DNA of 64,000 bases, from positions 129,187 to 193,186 of the forward strand of contig JAZDFA010000007.1 of NCBI GenBank assembly GCA_043808285.1, given 5' to 3'. The position numbers and the translations under genes are program-made. The notes beneath the pieces are model-generated. The model made no database searches. It saw only the letters and a list, made by a program, of their open reading frames with translations, and was not told where the DNA came from. Below are positions 61,371 to 64,000 of the stretch, piece after piece (the first letter of the stretch is position 1; every line of letters starts with the position of its first letter). This stretch comes from an archaeon (GTDB lineage: Archaea > Nanobdellota > Nanobdellia > Pacearchaeales > DTIR01).

Positions 61371-61591
61371 AAAGATAAGTTAGCTGCTCAGTTGGGGTGC
61401 GGGGGGTAGAGAAGATGGGTGAGGACAAGATTACTAAGAAAAATTTTTTTGGATTGTTCTGGGTAAGAGGAGAATTTGAGCAATGCGTAAAGAAACAATT
61501 GATAACAAAAGAAAAAACATCTGCAAAACAAAAAGAAAAACAATTCGTAAGCCCCACTCTATAACTGCTAAACAGAATACAACAATTAAAG
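61371..61591 (+). repeat. Dispersed intergenic repeat (IGR family), long forward copy
   Basis: AAAGATAAGTTAGCTGCTCAGTTGGGGTGCGGGGGGTAGAGAAGATGGG...ATGCGTAAAGAAA...CATCTGCAAAAC...TTCGTAAGCCCCACTCTATAACTGCTAAACAGAATACAACAATTAAAG. Confidence 0.8.
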
Positions 61592-61662
61592 ATATTCTTT
61601 CTCTCTTCTTTAGTTAAAACATATCTTTTTATACGCAATTTGTCTTCCTTGTTTACAAAAAG

Positions 61663-62154
61663 ATGGCAAAGCATGGAAAGATTACTAAGGGAAGATATGA
61701 ATTCGGGGTTATTGCTGTTCTGTTTTTGATAAGTGGTATAGCCTTGCTTCTTGAAGGGCAGGGAATCTTGCCAGGCATACACAATTTATGGCCCATGTTT
61801 GTTTTCGTTGTTGGCATGGGATTGTCTTTGATGTTTTATCAGGACTGCAAAGATGTAGGACTTCTTGGGCTGGGCTCATTCCTTTTAATGACAAGCATAT
61901 TGTTTTTTTATCTTAATTACACTTCCTGGGTAAAACTCAAAGAGTGGTGGGCGTCTTTTATATTCATAGTTGGAGCTTCATTGATTATATGCAGTATATA
62001 CAGTCGCAAGAGAATATTTTTCTTGGTAGGATTATTCGGAATTCTGCTCAGCATAGCTTTTATTTTGATATTTGCAGTTTCAGCATCACTTTGGCCAGTC
62101 TCTCTCATTATAGCAGGTATTTTTATACTCATAATATCTAGATTTGATAACTAA
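61663..62154 (+). CDS. Integral membrane protein (about five helices)
   Basis: 163 aa. Its stop is 2 nt before the radical SAM gene start. Confidence 0.45.
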   Translation: MAKHGKITKGRYEFGVIAVLFLISGIALLLEGQGILPGIHNLWPMFVFVVGMGLSLMFYQDCKDVGLLGLGSFLLMTSILFFYLNYTSWVKLKEWWASFIFIVGASLIICSIYSRKRIFFLVGLFGILLSIAFILIFAVSASLWPVSLIIAGIFILIISRFDN

Positions 62155-62156
62155 AA

Positions 62157-63560
62157 ATGAAATCGCAGCTCGAAAGCAGTTCAAAGAGAATAGCATTTAT
62201 AGAGCCAAGAGGCTCCAAGGACAATGTTTTTTCAAAATCTATAACATGGCCGCTATTAGGCCCAATATATCTCGCAACTATCCTAAAAAAAGAAGGATAT
62301 GACGTTAAAGTATATAATGAGAATATTCTTGGAAGAGATATTAATCTTCATGAGCTTGATGTTGATGTTCTTTGTCTTACTGGATTAACCACTACAATAG
62401 ACAGGGCATATGAAATTGCCATTAAGTTCCGGGCATTAAACCCCCAAGGCAAGGTGATAATCGGAGGAATACACGCTTCATTTATGAAAGAAGAGTCTGG
62501 AAGATATGCAGATTACGTTGTTTCTGGCGAGGGAGAAAGCGTTATAGCAGACTTGATTAAGAATGGTTCTAAAGAAAAATTTATTGATGCGCATAGGATT
62601 GAAGACATGAACAAACTGCCAATCCCCGATTTTTCTCTATTGCAAAATAACAAGAGGATGCCAATAACTCCAATCATGACTTCAAGAGGATGCCCTTTTG
62701 GATGCAATTTCTGCTCAGTTACAGCAATGTTTGGAAGAAAATTCAGGACAAGAAGCATTGAGAAAGTGGTTGAGGAATTCAGGAGAATAAAAACTAAAGG
62801 CACTTTCTTTTACGATGATAATTTATGCGCTGACAAGAAAAGGGCAGCAGCTCTTTTTGACGCGCTCAAAAGAAACAACCCAAATAATGTGGTATGGACT
62901 GGCCAGGTAAGATGCGATGCAGCCAATGACGATTCTTTGTTAAGGAAAATGGCTGATTCTGGATGCGTGAAAGTCTATATAGGATTTGAATCAGTCAATC
63001 AGAAAACTCTTGATGCATACAACAAATCACAGTCAGTAAAGGATATAAAAATGGCAATCAAGAAATTCCATGATTACGGCATAGGAGTTCACGGGATGTT
63101 TGTGCTTGGTTCAGATGAGGATGACAAGCATGTTTTTGATGCGACAACCGAGTTTTCCAATTCTAATGAAATAGATTCTGTCCAGTATATGATATTGACT
63201 CCTGGCCCGGGCACACCATTTTTTGCAAGGCTGGAATCTGAAAACAGGCTTTTGCACAGGATGTGGGAGTATTATGATGGCATGCACGTTGTTTTCCAGC
63301 CAAAGCTCCTTTCTCCAACAGAGCTTCAGCAAGGCATGATTGACTGCTACAAGGATTTTTACACCTACGGCAAGGCATTAAATGGCGCAGTAAACATAGT
63401 CTATGACAAGGCTGCAGATTTATGCGCATCCGCTTTTAATCGGGCAAAAAGATATTTCCCAAGGAATTGGGACACCACGCTTTTGGGCAAGATAATAATC
63501 CATAGATGGATGAAAACAAACAAGAGCTATCTGGGATATTTAAGAAATAGAAAAAATTAA
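62157..63560 (+). CDS. B12-binding-domain radical SAM protein
   Basis: 467 aa. An N-terminal cobalamin-binding-like Rossmann region (DVLCLTGLTT, VIIGGIHAS) is followed by the radical SAM motif CPFGCNFCSV. Confidence 0.8.
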   Translation: MKSQLESSSKRIAFIEPRGSKDNVFSKSITWPLLGPIYLATILKKEGYDVKVYNENILGRDINLHELDVDVLCLTGLTTTIDRAYEIAIKFRALNPQGKVIIGGIHASFMKEESGRYADYVVSGEGESVIADLIKNGSKEKFIDAHRIEDMNKLPIPDFSLLQNNKRMPITPIMTSRGCPFGCNFCSVTAMFGRKFRTRSIEKVVEEFRRIKTKGTFFYDDNLCADKKRAAALFDALKRNNPNNVVWTGQVRCDAANDDSLLRKMADSGCVKVYIGFESVNQKTLDAYNKSQSVKDIKMAIKKFHDYGIGVHGMFVLGSDEDDKHVFDATTEFSNSNEIDSVQYMILTPGPGTPFFARLESENRLLHRMWEYYDGMHVVFQPKLLSPTELQQGMIDCYKDFYTYGKALNGAVNIVYDKAADLCASAFNRAKRYFPRNWDTTLLGKIIIHRWMKTNKSYLGYLRNRKN

Positions 63561-63586
63561 ATACCCTATATTAAATTTATTATTTA

Positions 63587-64000
63587 ATGATTAGTTATTA
63601 TATAGTCTTATTGGGGATTGTGCAGATGTTCTTCTGCCTTTTTCTTGTTCGTAGAATCATGAAGCTGATGGATAATGATAGATTAAGGAATGATTGGAAT
63701 GTTATTTTTGGGTTGGTATGCTTTTTTCTTTTGGGATATGCTCTCTATTTTTATTTTCTGAGTAGGACTATAACAGACACAGAATTAAGCAGGCTTTTAA
63801 TCTCCCTTATTTTATGTTTTGGTGCCTCTTTTGTAATAATTGTTCTTTTAGTTATAAAAACTTCCATAAGTTCCCTTACTTTTGATAAGAAAAATGTTCT
63901 TAATTCAAACAAGGCATTGAAAGCAAGCGAGACCAAGATAAAAAGCATGGAAAAGAAGATAGAGCAGAAAAATAAGGAACTTGAAAATACATTAGAGGAT
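63587..64000 (+). CDS. Membrane protein with a C-terminal coiled coil, 3' end outside the window
   Basis: The frame is open from ATG 63587 to the window end (138 codons) and is absent from the track because it has no stop. It has three or four hydrophobic helices and then KASETKIKSMEKKIEQKNKELENTLED. Confidence 0.4.
   Translation, partial: MISYYIVLLGIVQMFFCLFLVRRIMKLMDNDRLRNDWNVIFGLVCFFLLGYALYFYFLSRTITDTELSRLLISLILCFGASFVIIVLLVIKTSISSLTFDKKNVLNSNKALKASETKIKSMEKKIEQKNKELENTLED

Noticed and set aside
13944-61591. Could the recurring intergenic repeats be a CRISPR array or arrays?
   Set aside because: The copies are dispersed across separate intergenic regions, vary in length (about 50-250 bp), and are degenerate. 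They are not arranged as regularly spaced identical short repeats with unique spacers. No cas genes are present.
61360-61782. 140-aa minus-strand ORF
   Set aside because: It lies entirely over a long copy of the dispersed repeat and over the 5' end of the plus-strand membrane gene. It has low-complexity composition, and the other repeat copies do not preserve the frame.
1-64000. Is the contig bacterial (for example CPR) rather than archaeal, given xseAB, GGDEF, UvrD and the CASDH/CASDC genes?
   Set aside because: EF-1alpha, ABCE1, diphthine synthase, archaeal-type IleRS, TrmB and Lrp regulators, the A1:U72 initiator tRNA, and TATA-box/leaderless promoter architecture are spread along the whole window. 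Together they argue for an archaeal replicon carrying acquired bacterial-type genes.

Overview
This is an AT-rich, gene-dense archaeal chromosome segment. Archaeal markers are EF-1alpha, ABCE1, diphthine synthase, archaeal-type IleRS and ArgRS, TrmB and Lrp/AsnC regulators, form III RuBisCO, and an initiator tRNA with an A1:U72 pair. TTTAAA/TTTATA boxes sit about 25-30 nt upstream of mostly leaderless starts. The many small hypothetical and membrane proteins, patchy metabolism and several bacterial-type genes resemble small-genome (DPANN-like) archaea, but that placement is inference only. I call about 80 protein genes and 3 tRNAs (Ser-GCU, Pro-CGG, initiator Met). There is no rRNA and no CRISPR array. 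The housekeeping and metabolic set includes xseAB, argS, ileS, tuf, rnhB, ABCE1, an MtaB-like methylthiotransferase, tyrA, dph5, TatD, RuBisCO, a ZIP transporter, and a five-gene arginine-to-spermidine operon with tandem pdaD paralogs. The accessory content is concentrated at 2-14 kb. It holds a NUMOD3 plus PD-(D/E)xK selfish-looking nuclease gene with several decayed 3' relics, an MNT-HEPN pair, an AbrB-nucleotidyltransferase, a MazG/DUF2075 operon facing a HEPN-like gene, and an IS200-type Y1 transposase. Elsewhere there is a 997-bp IS6-family element with a perfect target duplication, and a stand-alone GGDEF diguanylate cyclase. The most unusual signal is non-coding. A modular repeat occupies almost every long intergenic spacer (at least 18 copies), all but one in the same orientation regardless of flanking gene direction. 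A second hairpin element is inserted three times immediately 3' of TTAT. The window also holds only one Y1 (HUH) transposase gene. Together these suggest a REP/MITE-like system moved through single-stranded DNA, which is not a described feature of such archaea. An alternative reading is that the repeats are decayed derivatives of the nuclease gene. Three genes, including essential ABCE1, are broken by single-base frameshifts in or next to homopolymer runs. These may be assembly errors or recoding. All calls rest on reading the translations and sequence by eye; no database search was possible.
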